The position numbers and the translations under genes were made by a program. The notes below the pieces were generated by a model. The model was not told the origin of the DNA. It searched no databases and saw nothing but the letters and a program-made list of their open reading frames with translations. From Antechinus flavipes (Eukaryota), in contig NC_067400.1 in NCBI RefSeq assembly GCF_016432865.1, forward strand, positions 610,514,001 through 610,578,000: a stretch of 64,000 nucleotides of DNA, given 5' to 3'. Shown here one piece after another: positions 10,031 to 22,859 of this stretch; position 1 is the first letter of the stretch; each line of letters begins with the position of its first letter.

Positions 10031-11894
10031 AGGGGGCAGCGTTCTGGCATTGTGCTGCCAGATTCAAATTGTGTGGGGAGGAGGAAAAGCCAGATTTCTT
10101 GAGAGCCCAGAAAAAGAGGGATCTGGGTCAGGAAGGGACAAAAGAGCTGGATGAGATGTGGCTCCTCTGAGATCCTGTGACAGACCTGGACTCAGTCTCT
10201 CCCGGGCATGTCTCCATCCAGCTGCACCTACGAGTGTGCCCTGGTTTGGGATGAGGTGAAGAGGAGCTCAGCTACCCCAGCCCCAGGAAGGAGGCCCCAC
10301 GCCTGCCGATGTTGGCAGCAGCAAAGGCAGGGAGGCTGGCATTCCAGCTCCTGCTCCAACATTAGGAGCAGGCAGCCAGCTCCTGTACTCACACCTGCCC
10401 AACATCTGGGAACAGCATCTCAGTTACCCTTCCAACTTGGACAGCTGGGCTTTCAGTCTCGTTCATCAAGCTCAAAACAGGCATCCAGAAGCCACCAGGG
10501 GCTTTTCAGGGCTGGGGGGAGGTGGAGGACAAGTGCCCCACTTTCCATAAGTGTCACTGACTCTGGGAGGACCGCCACCTAAACGCACGTCCCCCTCCTC
10601 CTGGCCGGATCTAGCCCAGAGGTCTTCACTTGAATCACGACCATGGCGTAGACATGTGCCAGAGATGACCCTGACCATCCATGGGCCCGAGTCCTAGATC
10701 CTGGGCCCCGGGGTCGAGGCTTAACAAACAGGTGATGTGAACTCACCTCCGGGGCATTTTCTGGTAACTGTGGTATGAACATCTTGGCCAAGTCTTCCAG
10801 CTTGCTGGCTCTGTCTTTTCCCACTGGGAAGCTTCCCTCCCTCTAGCCCCAGTGTTGTTCCTTTCCCAGTTCCAGCATTTCTAGCATCTGGTATAGTTCT
10901 CCATGCCAAAGAAACCTGGGCCCCATAGTTCCCTGCCTCTTTCTCCATCCAGGTCAAGGGAAGTTGGGGCCAGAGGTCCCGTTTTTTTGCCAAAGATTGG
11001 CCAGTCAATTCTCGCTCATAATCATCTGCTAACTAAAAATGGCCCATCCTTCCTTTGCCAAATAAGTCCCCACTGCACCGAGGACAGATTTCAGGTCAGG
11101 CTGAGGGTCCCAATTTCCTTTTCTGTAAAATGAAAGAATTGGTCTTCTCATACTCCATTTAACTCTGTCTATGATTTTATGATCCCAAAGATGCTAAGGT
11201 CTTTGGCCCTTCAGACACCTAAAGTGGGAACTGAGAAAGCCCTGGATTTTGAGTTAGAATCAATCAATCAATAAGCACTTATTAAGTACCTACTCTGTGC
11301 CAGGCACAATGCTAAGTACCAGGGATACAAAAAAGACAAAATCAGCTCCTGCCTTCAAGGAGTTTATAGTTTAATTGAGGAGGCAATATAACCAAACTTA
11401 AATAACAACATCCATTCTGAACCTGAGGCCATGTCTGGGGCTCTGGTCCTCTCCCAATAAGGGTTCAATTCTAAGCTCATGAATAAGCAAATTCGTTTCT
11501 GGGAGAACCTGACTTCTAAAGAAAGGAGTCTGGCTCTTTTTTTTCTCTGTCTTTAACTCTCTGATTTCCCCATCCAGGAGCTCAAGGAAAGTTACTGAAA
11601 GCTTAGGTTTGCCTCAAGCCTAGAGTCTCTCCCAAAGAGAGTAGAAAACTACTGTGCACCACATAGATTAGTTGTGGGACAGCTCTTTTTTGCTTCCATT
11701 ACAAAAGAAATGCTTAAAACATATCAAGATTTATTGAAAAGACTTGAAACATGAAACAGTAATTTATAGCTGCCATGATACTCTCTTGGGATTATGGAGC
11801 ACATAGTGAGACCAAGAATTAGATAAATCTTCCTCATTGGGAGGTTACTACCCGAAATATGGAGCACATAGTGAGACCAAGAATTATTAGATAT

Positions 11895-12205
11895 AATCAC
11901 CTTCACTTGGAACTCTTTGTAAATTCAGATGGCTCGCTCCATCACAAATCTATTGGAATTGTCCTAAATCTTCTCATCAGAATTGATCCTCACATAATCT
12001 AGTTGTTTCTGTGTACAATGATCTCCTGGTTCTCCTCACTTCACTCGGCATCATGTAAGTCTCTCCAGGTCTTTCTGAGGTCATCCTGCTGATCATTTCT
12101 TACAGAACAATAATATTCCATAATATCCATATACCATAACTCATTCAGCCATTCTCCAACACATCCACTCAGTTTCCAGTTCCTTGAGACCTGCTACTTT
12201 GGAAA
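11895..12205 (-). mobile_element. Marsupial L1 3' fragment
   Basis: catcagaattgatcctcacata...catttcttacagaacaataatattccataat...cattctccaac. Confidence 0.8.
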
Positions 12206-12209
12206 AAGC

Positions 12210-12470
12210 TCTCAGGGGAAGGTCACCAGGATGGTGACTGATATTCATGTCATATGAGTGTGAGTTGAAGCAACTGGAGAAGAGAAGACTTAGTGGAATA
12301 TGATAGTTGTCTTCAATTGCTGGAAAGGCGGTCATATAGAAAGATGATTAGCTTAATTTTGCTTGGCCCCAGAGATAGAACTGGGTCGAAGTTGTGAAGT
12401 GGCAGATTCAGGCTTAATGTAAGGAAATATTTCCTAAATATGGAAGGAGCTGCCTTGGAAAATCATAATG
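12210..12470 (+). mobile_element. L3/CR1 3' fragment
   Basis: ctggagaagagaagacttagtggaatatgatagttgtcttcaa...ggcagattcaggcttaatgtaaggaaa. Confidence 0.75.
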
Positions 12471-12484
12471 ACTCATTCTGGAGA

Positions 12485-12915
12485 GTGCTAGGCCCAGAAT
12501 TTGGGAAACCTGAGTTTAGATCCTGCCTTAGACATTCAGCCACATTATGACTCTGGACAAGTCACTTTACCTCTGTCTGCCTCAATTTCATCTTTAACAT
12601 GGGGGCAATAATAACATCTACCTCATAGGGCTGTGTGAAGCTCAAATAAGATAATATTTGTAAAGCACTTACCACAATGTTTAGCACATAGTAGGTATTT
12701 AATAAATGATTTTTCCTTTCCCCTTCCCTTTAACTGGGTCCCAGATTTAGAACTGAAAGGAAACTAAGAGATTATCAATACAATCTTCTCGTTTTACCAA
12801 TGAAAAAAGAGTATTAGGTGAAATGATTTACCTATTGGTAACTGGAAGAGCTAAGACTTGAAGTTCAAACTCTGATGACCAATTGTTTGAATTTTTCACC
12901 ATTGTACTCTGCCTT
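12485..12915. mobile_element. Two MIRs (+ 12485-12720; - 12730-12915)
   Basis: MIR core ctctggacaagtcactttacctctgtctgcctcaatt...ataatatttgtaaagcac. Confidence 0.8.
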
Positions 12916-12939
12916 TTCCTAGTGAGTTTTATATTACAA

Positions 12940-13195
12940 AATGTAATTGATAGTGCCCTCTCTAAGTTGGAGTGCCATCCCCACTCCCAATTTAGCACTC
13001 ACAGGTTAGATCCCTAAAAAAAGTAGCCTCTCCAAAGTTCAAGATATTCAGAGGGTCTTCACTCCTTAAAAAAATAGTTCACTAACCTCCATCAGTGAGT
13101 TTGCCTTTAATAGTCAGCCAGTAAACATAACTAGCTAAAAAGGTATTTACTGAGAAGGCACAATAAGGACAATTTAAACTCCATAAATCTAAGAC
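12940..13195 (+). mobile_element. Probable solo LTR fragment related to 6075-6381
   Basis: Shared 15-mer CTTTAATAGTCAGCC. Ends ...tctaagaCA. Confidence 0.4.
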
Positions 13196-13344
13196 ATATG
13201 TTTCCATGACGTACAATGTCAATGAGAAGCTTTGGGAGATGACATATATAGAGTACACCAGTAGAAGGTCACACGAAGTGGGGAGGGGGAAGAGATATAT
13301 GATCCAAACTATTCACACTTCTTGTAATTCAGGGCTCCAATGAT

Positions 13345-13945
13345 CTTATAAAAAATTTTATTTTGTATGAATGGATGTCCATCAATTGGAGAATGGTTGA
13401 GTAAATTGTGGTATATGAATGTTTTGGAATATTATTGTTCTGTAAGGAATGACCAGTAGGATGAATACAGAAAGGACTGGCGAGACTTACATGAACTGAT
13501 GCTGAGTGAAATGAGCAGAACCAGCTCATTATATACCTCAACAATGATACTGTATGAGGATGTATTCTGATGGAAGTGGATCTCTTTGATAAAGAGAAGA
13601 TCTAATTCAGTTCCAATTGATCAAGGATGGACAGAAGCAGCTACACCCAAAGAAAGAACACTGGGAAATGAATATAAACTGTTTGCATTTTTGTTTTTCT
13701 TCCCGGGTTATTTCTACCTTCTGAATCCAATTCTCCCTGTGCAACAAGAGAACTGTTCAGTTCTGCACACATATATTGTATTCTAGGATATACTGTAACC
13801 TATTCAACATGTGAAGGATTGCTTGCCATCTGGGGGAGGGGGTAGATGGAGGGAGGGGAAAAATTGGAACAGAAGTGAGGGCAAGGGATAATGCTGTAAA
13901 AATTACCCTGGCATGGGCTCTAGCAATAAAAACTTATTTAAAAAA
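13345..13945 (+). mobile_element. Young marsupial L1 3' end
   Basis: tggatgtccatcaattggagaatggttgagtaaattgtggtatatgaatg (ORF2 C-terminus) through the 3' UTR to aataaaaa. Confidence 0.92.
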
Positions 13946-13949
13946 ATTT

Positions 13950-14092
13950 TTTTTATTTTGTGAGGCAATTGGGGTTAAGTGATTGGTCTAAGGTCATATA
14001 GCTAGGAAGTATTAAATGTATGATGCCAAATTTAAACTCAGATCCTCCAGACTCCAGGGCTGGTGCTCTATCCATTGCACCACCTAGGGGTC
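13950..14092 (-). mobile_element. WSINE1-type CORE-SINE
   Basis: gaggcaattggggttaagtga...ggctggtgctctatccattgcaccacctag, with a T-tail. Confidence 0.85.
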
Positions 14093-14319
14093 CCTCTAAT
14101 GGTTATTTATTTTTCATGGTGTCCAAATGCTATTTCCTCTGGGTACAGCATATGCTGGGCAGGTCATGTAAATGAACGCCCTTATCTTGTTTCTCTCTAT
14201 AATTTGACTCTTAATGAACGTGGCTATTTTTCTTTCAAATTTTATAAGTTTTTCCTGTCTTATATCTTGACTGGCTATCCCTTCACCTTATTGGGTGCAA
14301 TGTCTCTCTTTTTATTATT

Positions 14320-14965
14320 ATTAAAGCCTTTTATTTTCAAAAACTATGCACGGATAATTTTTCAACACTGATCCTTGCATAGTCTTGTGTTCCAAATTTT
14401 CTCCTCCTTCCTCCCACCCCCTCCCCTAGATGTCAAGCAATCCAATATATTTTAAACATGTTAAAATATATGTTAAGTCCAATATATGTAAACATATTGT
14501 ACAATTTTGTTGCACAAGAAAAATCAGATCAAAGAGGAAAGAAAATGAATAAGAAAACAAAATGCAAACCACCAACAACAAAAAGAGTGAAAATGCTTAT
14601 GTTATGATCCATATTCAGTTCCCACAGTCCTCTTTTTGGGTGCAGATGCCTCTCTTTATCACAAGATCGTTGAAACTGACCTCAATCATCTCATTATTGG
14701 AAAGAGCCACGTCCATCAGAATTGATCGGCATATAATAATATTGTCGTTTCCATGTACAATGTTCTCCTGATTCTACCCCATTTAGTATCAGTTCCTGTA
14801 AGTCTCTCTAGGTTTTTCCAAAATCATCCTGCTTATCATTTCTTACAGAACAATAATATTTCATAACATTCATACATCATATATTATCCAGCCATTCTCC
14901 AACTAATGGACAATCAGTTTCCAGTTTCTTGCCACTATGAAAAGGGTTGCCACAAACATTGTTGG
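14320..14965 (-). mobile_element. Marsupial L1 3' end
   Basis: ttttattttcaaaactatgc...ccagtttcttgccactatgaaaagggttgccacaaacat. Confidence 0.88.
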
Positions 14966-15159
14966 TGCAATGTCTCTTAAATGGATAAGTAATTCCACTG
15001 GAAAATACTATGTGGGAATGGGGGAGGGATAAAAGAAATCCCCTTAGAAACAGATTCCCCTAAGAGTCAGATTCTTTTTCCATTGCTAGATCTCTTTATG
15101 GCAAAAGATCACATATCACAATTAGATCCTGCTCATTTTCAAAAAAAGGTGACTTTTGC

Positions 15160-15640
15160 TGGCAATTCAGTTGAAGAATGGCTAAATAAGTTCTAAGATA
15201 TGAATGTAATGGAATATTTTTGTTCTATAAGAAATGATGAGCAGGCTGATTTCAAAAAGCCTGGAAGAATTACACGAACTGATGCTGAGCGAAGTGAGCA
15301 GAACCAAGAGAACATTATATACAGTAACAACAAGATGATGTGATGATCACCTGTGATGGACTTGGCTCTTCTCAACAATGACCTTATCCAAGACAATTCC
15401 AATAAACTTGTGATAGAAAATGCCATCTGCATCCAGAGGGAGAACTTTGGAAACTGAATATGGTTCAAAGCATAGTATTTTTCACCCCCCCTTTTTTTTT
15501 TTTTTTGGTTATTGTTTGCTTGTTTTGTTTTGTTTTTTTTTTTTCTTTCTCTTTTTTCCCCTTTGATCTGATTTTTCTTGTGCAGCATAACAAATATAGA
15601 AATATATTTGGAAAAATCACACATGTTTAATCTTTTTTTA
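15160..15640 (+). mobile_element. Marsupial L1 3' end
   Basis: cagttgaagaatggctaaataagtt...gaactgatgctgagcgaagtgagcagaaccaagag...catgtttaa. Confidence 0.88.
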
Positions 15641-15774
15641 AAAAAGAGTGAATGTTTTGGTTTATAAGAAATTACAAAAAGCACGGGTGATCCTTCAGAC
15701 AGTCAATGGCCAGACATTCTCTAATTCCTTCAAATTTGCCTGAAGAATTTCTTCACACCTCATAAAATGGAAAC

Positions 15775-15965
15775 TTAATATATATACAAACACACACGTA
15801 TAACATATACATGCATAATACATATATACACACCCATATACACATCCACATTTACAAATATACACAGACAGATATATGCATATATACATAATAAATGTGT
15901 ATGCACATAAACACATGTATGTATATATATTGTTTGTATATATATCTATGTGGTATACGTATATG
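15775..15965. repeat. (TA/CA)n simple repeat
   Basis: Directly visible. Confidence 0.9.
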
Positions 15966-16834
15966 TTTTAGTGTTTTGTTTGCAATCATAGCACTTTTTT
16001 GTCTCTTGCTACTTGCCTCTTATCTTCTGTAATTTTATCGTCTGGGCTGGGTGGAAATGAACCGATGAAGGATCCCTGATCGATCTCCTCTATGAATTCC
16101 TTCAAGAGAAAATTGGATGACCAACTGGGATGATGTAGGGGGCATTTTAATTCAGGAGATGATTGGTCTAGAGGCTGCTGAGGTCCCTTCTCACTCTGAG
16201 ATGATGTCATTCATCTCCTCCTGGCCCAGCTAGGCTCCCTGGGTTTGTCAGACACTGAGCCTGGGAGGTAGGAGGTGAAACCCATCAATCCATCAGCAGG
16301 TAATTTAGTGAACCTACAAGCAAGGGCCCAAGGCCCTGAAAGAAGAGACGATTCTTATCCCAAGGATTAAGCAGGAATTTTATTCCGGTGTAGATCCTTG
16401 TCTCAAAAGACCTCAAGACCACAGCGCACCCCACAACTGATGCCAATGGGCATCGAGTGCATTACACACGCAGGCTGCCATCTAGAGGCCAAAGTCAATG
16501 TCAGGTAGAAACTGGATTCTGATAAATGAATTACAGGCAGCCCAACTTAGTGCCTGATTCTGTCTGGCTCTGCTTAAAAGCAGTATGTTAGTTAGCTGGC
16601 CCAGTAGAACCTTCGATATAAAAGTTTTCCTGATTCTCATCTATCCTAATCCCTTCTATTCAATTCCTCACCAAAATTTTCTCTTTTACTTTATTTATGC
16701 ACATGTCATTTTCAATTGTAAGCTTCTCGATGGTAGGAACCATTTCTTCTTTTTCTTTATGTCTTTATATCATCAGGGGGCACCTGGAGTACTGGGAGTC
16801 ACTAAATAAATATTAATATCAAAGACTTGTATAG

Positions 16835-16990
16835 GGCTGGGTTTAAATCTAGTTTCAGACATTTAATAGCTGTTTGACCCTGGACAAGTCACTTAAGACT
16901 GGAGAAGGAAATGGTAAACCCTCTGATATCTTTGCCAAGAAAACCACACAGACAATGTGCTTGAATAGCTGGACTGTAATACAACAAAAT
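16835..16990 (+). mobile_element. MAR1-type SINE (partial)
   Basis: CORE followed by the ctggagaaggaaatggtaaacc...atctttgccaagaaaacc RTE/BovB-like tail. Confidence 0.8.
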
Positions 16991-17944
16991 GGTTTGTATA
17001 ATGCATTAAGGTTTGCAAAGCATTGTATATATTCTTATCTTATTTGATACAATTCTGTGAGATAGATATTATCCCCATTTTACAAATAAGGAAAATGAAG
17101 CTCGGAGGGTCAACAACTTGCCCAGGAGTACACAGCTTATGATTTGAATTCAGGTCTTCACTCCACATTTATTGCTCTATCCATTACATCACCCAGCTGC
17201 CTTTGCTTGTTGATTGGAAAATTGATTGATGAAGCTCAAAACTGCCCCTACACTAATTTCTCTCCAATAGTCCTTATTTTTGACTAGCCAGAGCCAGCCA
17301 GTTCGTTATTCTCTAAATGAGAAGCTGTGTAACAGTGGATGAAGTGCTCAGTATGCAATGAGGCACTTCTGGATCCCCCTGCATTGGACCCTTACTGGTT
17401 CCGTAACTTCTGAGCCTCGGCTAATTTCTTAAGACTTAATTACTGAGTTTTAGGTAGGCTGCAAGTCAGTCTCTCATTAAAAGGTCATGGCAACCCTTTG
17501 CAGTGAGGAGGAGGATAGTTTCATGATCCCCATATGATTTCTAGCTGTAAGGAACCTTATAAAATAGTTTCTCTATTTCCCTAACCAGGTCAGTCCTAAG
17601 TGATAATAGGCTCCATTTGCTTTTCTTGGATTCATCTAGGTCCTTCCCTCTGGACTCCACAAGGTTTAATTCACAGGCTGAGGCTTCATTAAGGTAGGCA
17701 CAGAGCCCATCACCGGGACAATGATGATCCTGCTTTGCTCTCCTCCGCCCAGCCACAGCTCAATTGTTGTATCCGGTTTTGAGGGGAAGAGGGGGAGAGT
17801 TTGGGGAGATTGTTGACAAACTGGAGCTCCTATATGGGAGGGGAGAGCAGAGAAACGAGAACTGGAGACACCTGAACGTATGGAGACAGGTTAGCCTGGA
17901 TAATATTTGGGGAGAGGAGATCTTCAGGCTCCCTTTTGTCAGTA

Positions 17945-18345
17945 CTCGTCCATTCATCTATCCATTCATCCATTCACTCATTCACCGATTTACTCATTTA
18001 TCTACTTATCCATACATGCATCCATCTACTCATTTAATTATCCCAGGTATCACCTAAGTATCTATCCACTCACATGCTCGTCCATTCATCCAACTAACCA
18101 CTCACCCTCCCATCCATCCACTCATCTAGCCATCTCTTCTACTACTCATCCATTCATTCACCCATTCATTTGTCCACCCACCCATTCATTTATTCATTCA
18201 TTTACTCATCCATCCGTGCATTCATCTACTCACCTAGCTGTCCATTCACTCACCTACTCACACACTCATTCATTAATCCAACCACTCATCCACTCATTTA
18301 GCCATCCATCCACCCACTCCTCCAACAAGCTAGCCACTCATTCAG
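17945..18345. repeat. Degenerate (CATC/CATT)n tetranucleotide tract
   Basis: Directly visible. It explains the H/S/I-rich ORFs. Confidence 0.93.
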
Positions 18346-19074
18346 TTTGCAAAGGAAAGCCTACTGACTCTGAAGGAAGGCTCAAACCCCAGTTCCACTG
18401 CTCACTGCTCTTCTAGAGAGGTTCTTAGGCAGAAGCAAGATGACCACTTGTGTCTGTCAGATGGGGATTCCTTTCATATGAGTTGGATCAGATGGCTACT
18501 GAGGTCTCTTGCAACTCTCAAATCCTGTGTCCCTACGAAGGTCATTTCTGCATCTCTTCTTACTCATCTATAAAATAAAAGAACTGGTCTGGATGATCTC
18601 TAAGGTGTCCTCCAGCTCTCTAGCTCTGGTCCTAGATACTAATTGGTATTTCTGTGGTTTTTACAAAAGCCCTTTATTTATTGTAACTCAGTTGAGCCTC
18701 TTAAAATATCAATCAACTTTTAATAAGTATCATCAGGAACTGGCACAGCTCTGGGGATACAAAGAGAAGAAAAAGATAGTTCTGCCCTCAAGGAACTTAT
18801 TATCAAACGGATAATTACCTCTATTTTACAGATAAGGAAACCGGAGCTGAAAAAGGTGAAAAGGCTTGTGGTTTAGAACCACACAACTTATAAGCGTCAG
18901 AGTTGGGTTATGAACCTACATTTTTCCTAAATCTCTGCTCTTTTCAGTACCCAATACTGCCCCTAATAAACAGGGACAGGAACACCAGGCCACAAGGCCT
19001 GGAAGGAAATGACAGTCCATGAGCCCAAGTCATTCTACTTGGAGGATCCAGGGAAGAGAAAATAGTACGCCTGT

Positions 19075-19540
19075 TCATTCAGCAGGCATTTAATAAATGT
19101 CTATTATGTATCAGATGTAGGCTAAGCTCTGGAGAGAAATACAATCAACCCCAGACCTTGAAGCGCATACATTTTCCTGAGGGAAACAAGTCATACAGAA
19201 TAAACACAAAGCACTATGGGGGACCAAACAAGAGTCAGGAAAGGTCTGTGTAGGAATTGAGCCTTGAAGGGAGTTAATGATTCCAAGAGGGTGTGTGTGA
19301 GGAAACAGTGAATGAGGGAGATAGTCTGGGCAAAGCTTTGAAGGTGGGAGATGGAATGTCACACCAGAGATAGTTAAGTAAACCACTTTCATTGGCCCTT
19401 AGTGCATATGATGGGAAACAGTAGCCACTAGTTCTGGAAAGGCCGGCTGGAGCCCGATAGTGAAGGATTTTAAATGTCAAACAGATGAGCAAGGCACTAG
19501 GAAGCCACTGGGACATCTTGAGTGGAAGAGTTCCATATTA
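19075..19540 (-). mobile_element. L2 3' region
   Basis: cattcagcaggcatttaataaatg...gtgaaggattttaaatgtcaaacag...ggaagccactgg. Confidence 0.75.
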
Positions 19541-21459
19541 AGACCTGGGTATTACAATATATGATAGAGAGTGATGAAGACTAAGAAATGCTTGAGACAA
19601 AGTGCTCTAGGAAGATTTAAGGATGGAGAGAACATGTTCTATGGTAGGTAGGACCAGCGGCTTGGTGTGGGAGGCAGCACAGAAACTGTTCTAATGTCGT
19701 TTGTTCTCTGTGCCAAACTCATTGGCTTTCTGGCTCTAGAAGGGCACAAAGTTATGAGAGGCCCCTAGATGTGTGGCTTTGGGCCATTCATTTTTGCTCC
19801 TTAGCCCTCAGTTTCCTCATCTTTCAGATGAGAAGGCTGAACAGGATGACTTCCCTTTTGGGGCCTTCTCTACATATTGCTGATCCCTGAGAGCACTGCT
19901 CAAAGGCCGGGTATCATCTTCAGTTTGTCACTGTAAATAACAGCCCAGAGGGATGCAGGATGCAGGATGCCAAAGGCTCGTGGGCTACTTGGGCAGCTTG
20001 TACCCACCAATAGCCCCACCTGGTGCTTTCCCCCACTTTCCCCGCATCTGAGGACTGGCTTGGAGCTGGGTTGGGATGAGGAGAGGAGAAGCTGGTGGCT
20101 TGGCAAATGCGGATGTTTATCTGCTGGGGCCCCAAGCCCTCCTCCTTCCTTAGCTGTGGATGTGGGGCATGCCCGTGGCACGGCGAGGTGCATGTTGGCC
20201 CAGCCTCGGCTGGCATTGCCACACACAGGTGAGCAGACCCGGGCTTGGGAGAGGCTCCGCAGTGACAATGGGCCTTTGTTGCGGGTGGATTTGGGGGAGA
20301 ACTTGGTGCTGTGGGGCAATGAGTCACAGAGCCTCCCCTCCCAGGTTGGGGATGGATTTCACTCCATTTTGAGGCAGAGGGAGAGATAACATCAGTTTTG
20401 CAACAGCAGGCGTGTCTGTCTATCCCACCTGCCCCGGGGCTCGTGGCTCTGACTGCTTTTACTTGGGTAAACTGGGGCGGGAGGGGTTGGGGGGGGGAGG
20501 CACAAAGGCTGCTGTCCTGAGTAGCCCCGCTCGCCTTCCATGTCACCTCAGGATGTCACCAGGCCCGTGCTCCTGGAAGCTCTTGGAACATGCAAAAACA
20601 AGATTTGGAGGGAAGCTCAGGCAGAAGCTACTCTGTGCTTTCTGGGAAACCCAGAGATGGCCAGAAGATAGCCGGGGGAAGACTACACAACAGTGACAAG
20701 AGTGAGCATGGCTGTGGGGAAGGGACAATAGGAGCTACAAGCAGCTTGGGGGAGAGGGGAGAACAGCCACTGTTCAGAGAGGTTTGGAGAGGTCTGGTGC
20801 TACAGAGGAGGACGGTATTACAGGTCTCAGGGTCTCCATCTTAGAGCTGGCTCCCCAGTCACATAGAATGAGAGATCATTGAGTCCAACCCTAGCATTTT
20901 TGATGGGATAAAACTGATACCCAGTGGGGGCAAGTGACTTCCCATTTGAATCCAGGTCTTTCTGGTTCCAAGGCTGGCACTCAACCCACTAGCACACATG
21001 GAAAGAATAAAAGGATGAGGTGCTTTTTGGAGCTGAGTGAGGCTGTGCGGGATAGAAAGGTAGATTTGAATTATGAAAAGCTGGACTTGAATCCTGGCTC
21101 TGCCAGGTAATGGCTGTGAGACTTTGGGCAAGTCACTCCTGTACCTCAGTTTCCACTTCTATAAAATGAACACAATTAGACTGGATGATCTCTTTGCTTC
21201 TTCCAGCTGAAGAGCCTTATGTGGCTGGAAGTTCCAGGACTGAGGGCCAGCAAGGTTCTGACATTAAATTCTGGGGACTGAACAGGGACAGTCCACGATT
21301 GCCCAATTGAAAGCCTAGGACTGCCCAAGGTTGAGGAGGAGATGGAATAGGTGTGAGGACTGTGGTCATAGCCCGGCTTAAAGAGGAAGCCACTGTGAAC
21401 TGGGCAGAAGGGGACAGTGGGGAGACAGAGAACCCTTGGCTCTTCTTCCCTGGCACTGG

Positions 21460-22580
21460 GCCCTGCCTCTCAAAATGTCTTTCAGACATCTCCCATTGCA
21501 TGTCCAGTGGAGAGCTTAAATTTAACATGTGTAAAACTGAGCTTATTCTCTCTCTTCCTGACTTTACCCCCCCCCCAACTCATTTCCCACGATTAAGGAC
21601 AGCCCCAGCCTCCCAGTCCCCGGGGCTCACCACCAAATACTATCTGCAATTTCTCATTGTCTCTCATCTCCCATATTCAATCCGTTGCCAAGGTCTTCCA
21701 ATTGCACTTTTTCTACATCTATCCAATGGGCCCCCTTCTCTCCTTTGACTGCCACCCCTCTGGGACAGGATCTATCACCTCACTGTTATTGTTCGGTGAG
21801 TCTGGCTCTTTGTTACAGCCAAAGATGAGGAAACTGAGGCAATCAGGATGAAGTGACTTGTCCAGGATTAAAGTTAAGAAATGTCTGAGGCCAGATTTGA
21901 ACTTATGAAAAAGAGTTTTCCCAGCTCCAACCACTGCCTTACCTAGTGTCCATCATCTCATCGCCTCCCACTGGACTCTTGCAACTGCTGCTGGGGGTGG
22001 GGTCTGCCTGCCTCAGTCTCTCCTCATTCCAATACATTTTTTATTCACTCACTAAAGTGATTTTTTTGGTAAGTGCAGGCCTGATCAGGCCCCCCACTCC
22101 TCCATCCTAATCCATCAGTAGCTCCCTATTGCTCCAGAATCAAACACAGAATCTTCTGTTGGACATTCAAAGCCCTTCATAGCCTATCCCTCTTCTCCCT
22201 TTCTGGTTTTCTTATACCTTATTCTCTGCCATGTCCTCTTTGATCCAGTTACACTGACCTTCTGGTTCCCGCTCTCTGCTCCGGGCATTTTCTCTGGCTG
22301 CCCTCCTGGCCTTGCTCCCCCCACCTCTCCTTCCTCATCTCCACCTCCTGGCTTCCCTGGCTTTTCCAAGACTCTTCTTCTACAGGAAGCATTCTGTACT
22401 CGCTCTTAATTCTAGGGCCTCCCCCCTACCCCAGTCAATTCTTTCCTATTTATCCTCTTTATAGCTTGTTTGTTCTTTTTGTCTGCCTGTTGTCTCTCTT
22501 AATAGTTGAGCTCCTTGAAGCTAGGGACTAGTTTTTGCCTTTCCAGGAAACATGGTAGGTGCTTAATAAATGTTTATTAC
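21460..22580 (+). mobile_element. L2 3' region interrupted by a minus-strand CORE-SINE (about 21815-21940)
   Basis: cttaaatttaacatgtgtaaaactgagctt...ctccctattgctccagaatcaaac...ggtaggtgcttaataaatgtttatt. Confidence 0.85.
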
Positions 22581-22630
22581 TGGTTTCTGAGAATAGCCCA
22601 GAAACAAGGCCTTTAGATACTCAGGTAATG

Positions 22631-22859
22631 NNNNNNNNNNNNNNNNNNNNNNNNNNNNNNNNNNNNNNNNNNNNNNNNNNNNNNNNNNNNNNNNNNNNNN
22701 NNNNNNNNNNNNNNNNNNNNNNNNNNNNNNNNNNNNNNNNNNNNNNNNNNNNNNNNNNNNNNNNNNNNNNNNNNNNNNNNNNNNNNNNNNNNNNNNNNNN
22801 NNNNNNNNNNNNNNNNNNNNNNNNNNNNNNNNNNNNNNNNNNNNNNNNNNNNNNNNNNN
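22631..22859. other. Assembly gap (229 N)
   Basis: Run of N. Confidence 1.

Noticed and set aside
9608-10170. D/G-rich and I-rich ORFs
   Set aside because: They come from a degenerate (GAT)n repeat.
11793-11886. Two identical 29-bp repeats separated by 36 bp (CRISPR-like geometry)
   Set aside because: There are only two copies, similarity extends beyond the repeat (so it is an ordinary tandem duplication), the DNA is mammalian, and there are no cas genes.
19900-20546. Overlapping 139-208 aa ORFs on both strands
   Set aside because: Chance ORFs in GC-rich DNA with no recognisable domain.
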